A stretch of DNA of 64,000 nt, from assembly GCF_021869535.1 (NCBI RefSeq), contig NW_026262745.1, positions 60,388,001 through 60,452,000 on the forward strand. Reading direction: 5' to 3'. Shown here piece by piece: positions 63,897 through 64,000 of this stretch. The translations under genes and the position numbers were made by a program. The DNA comes from Mytilus californianus. Its lineage: Eukaryota. Under the pieces are notes generated by a model. The model had not been told where the DNA came from, did no database searches, and worked only from the letters and a program-made list of their open reading frames with translations. Numbering within the stretch: position 1 is the first letter of the stretch; each line of letters starts with the position of its first letter.

Positions 63897-64000
63897 CACT
63901 ACAAAATTCAAAAAGTCTGAAAAGACCAGTTTTTGTCTGAATTTGCATGAATTTTTACTCGACATTCTTAATTTGTCTGAATAATTTTTAAAAATTCTTG
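63897..64000. mobile_element. End of a second CACTA copy (runs off the window), inside the USP35/38 intron
   Basis: 103 of 104 nt match the reverse complement of 43580-43683. Confidence 0.9.

Overview
AT-rich, repeat-dense animal genomic DNA. The repeat families look like those of a bivalve mollusc, probably Mytilus (my recognition, not a database result). The left two-thirds hold a tandem, minus-strand array of cGAS-like receptor (cGLR, Mab-21 nucleotidyltransferase) genes, each with a C-terminal extension of about 310-320 aa containing TPR motifs. One copy is intact (exon 2 33917-35895, 661 aa with its micro-exon). One has a single TGG>TAG stop exactly where the Mab-21 domain ends (5891-7830). 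One is a multiply disabled pseudogene (25296-27251), and there is a ~150 bp relic of a fourth (31196-31345). Each full-length copy appears to start with a 7-nt coding micro-exon (ATG NNN G|GT) 2-5 kb upstream that the ORF track misses. The right end holds the first coding exon of a USP35/USP38-family deubiquitinase on the plus strand (60566-61489), divergent from the array. The rest is transposon debris: a piggyBac transposase relic, a CACTA element with two near-identical copies, an hAT/ZnF-TTF derivative, a 5'-truncated LINE split by a MITE, Harbinger-, Kolobok- and mariner-type MITEs, SINE heads, Helentron-like elements with satellite cores, a 540-bp tandem array and staggered local duplications. 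No rRNA, tRNA or CRISPR array was found.
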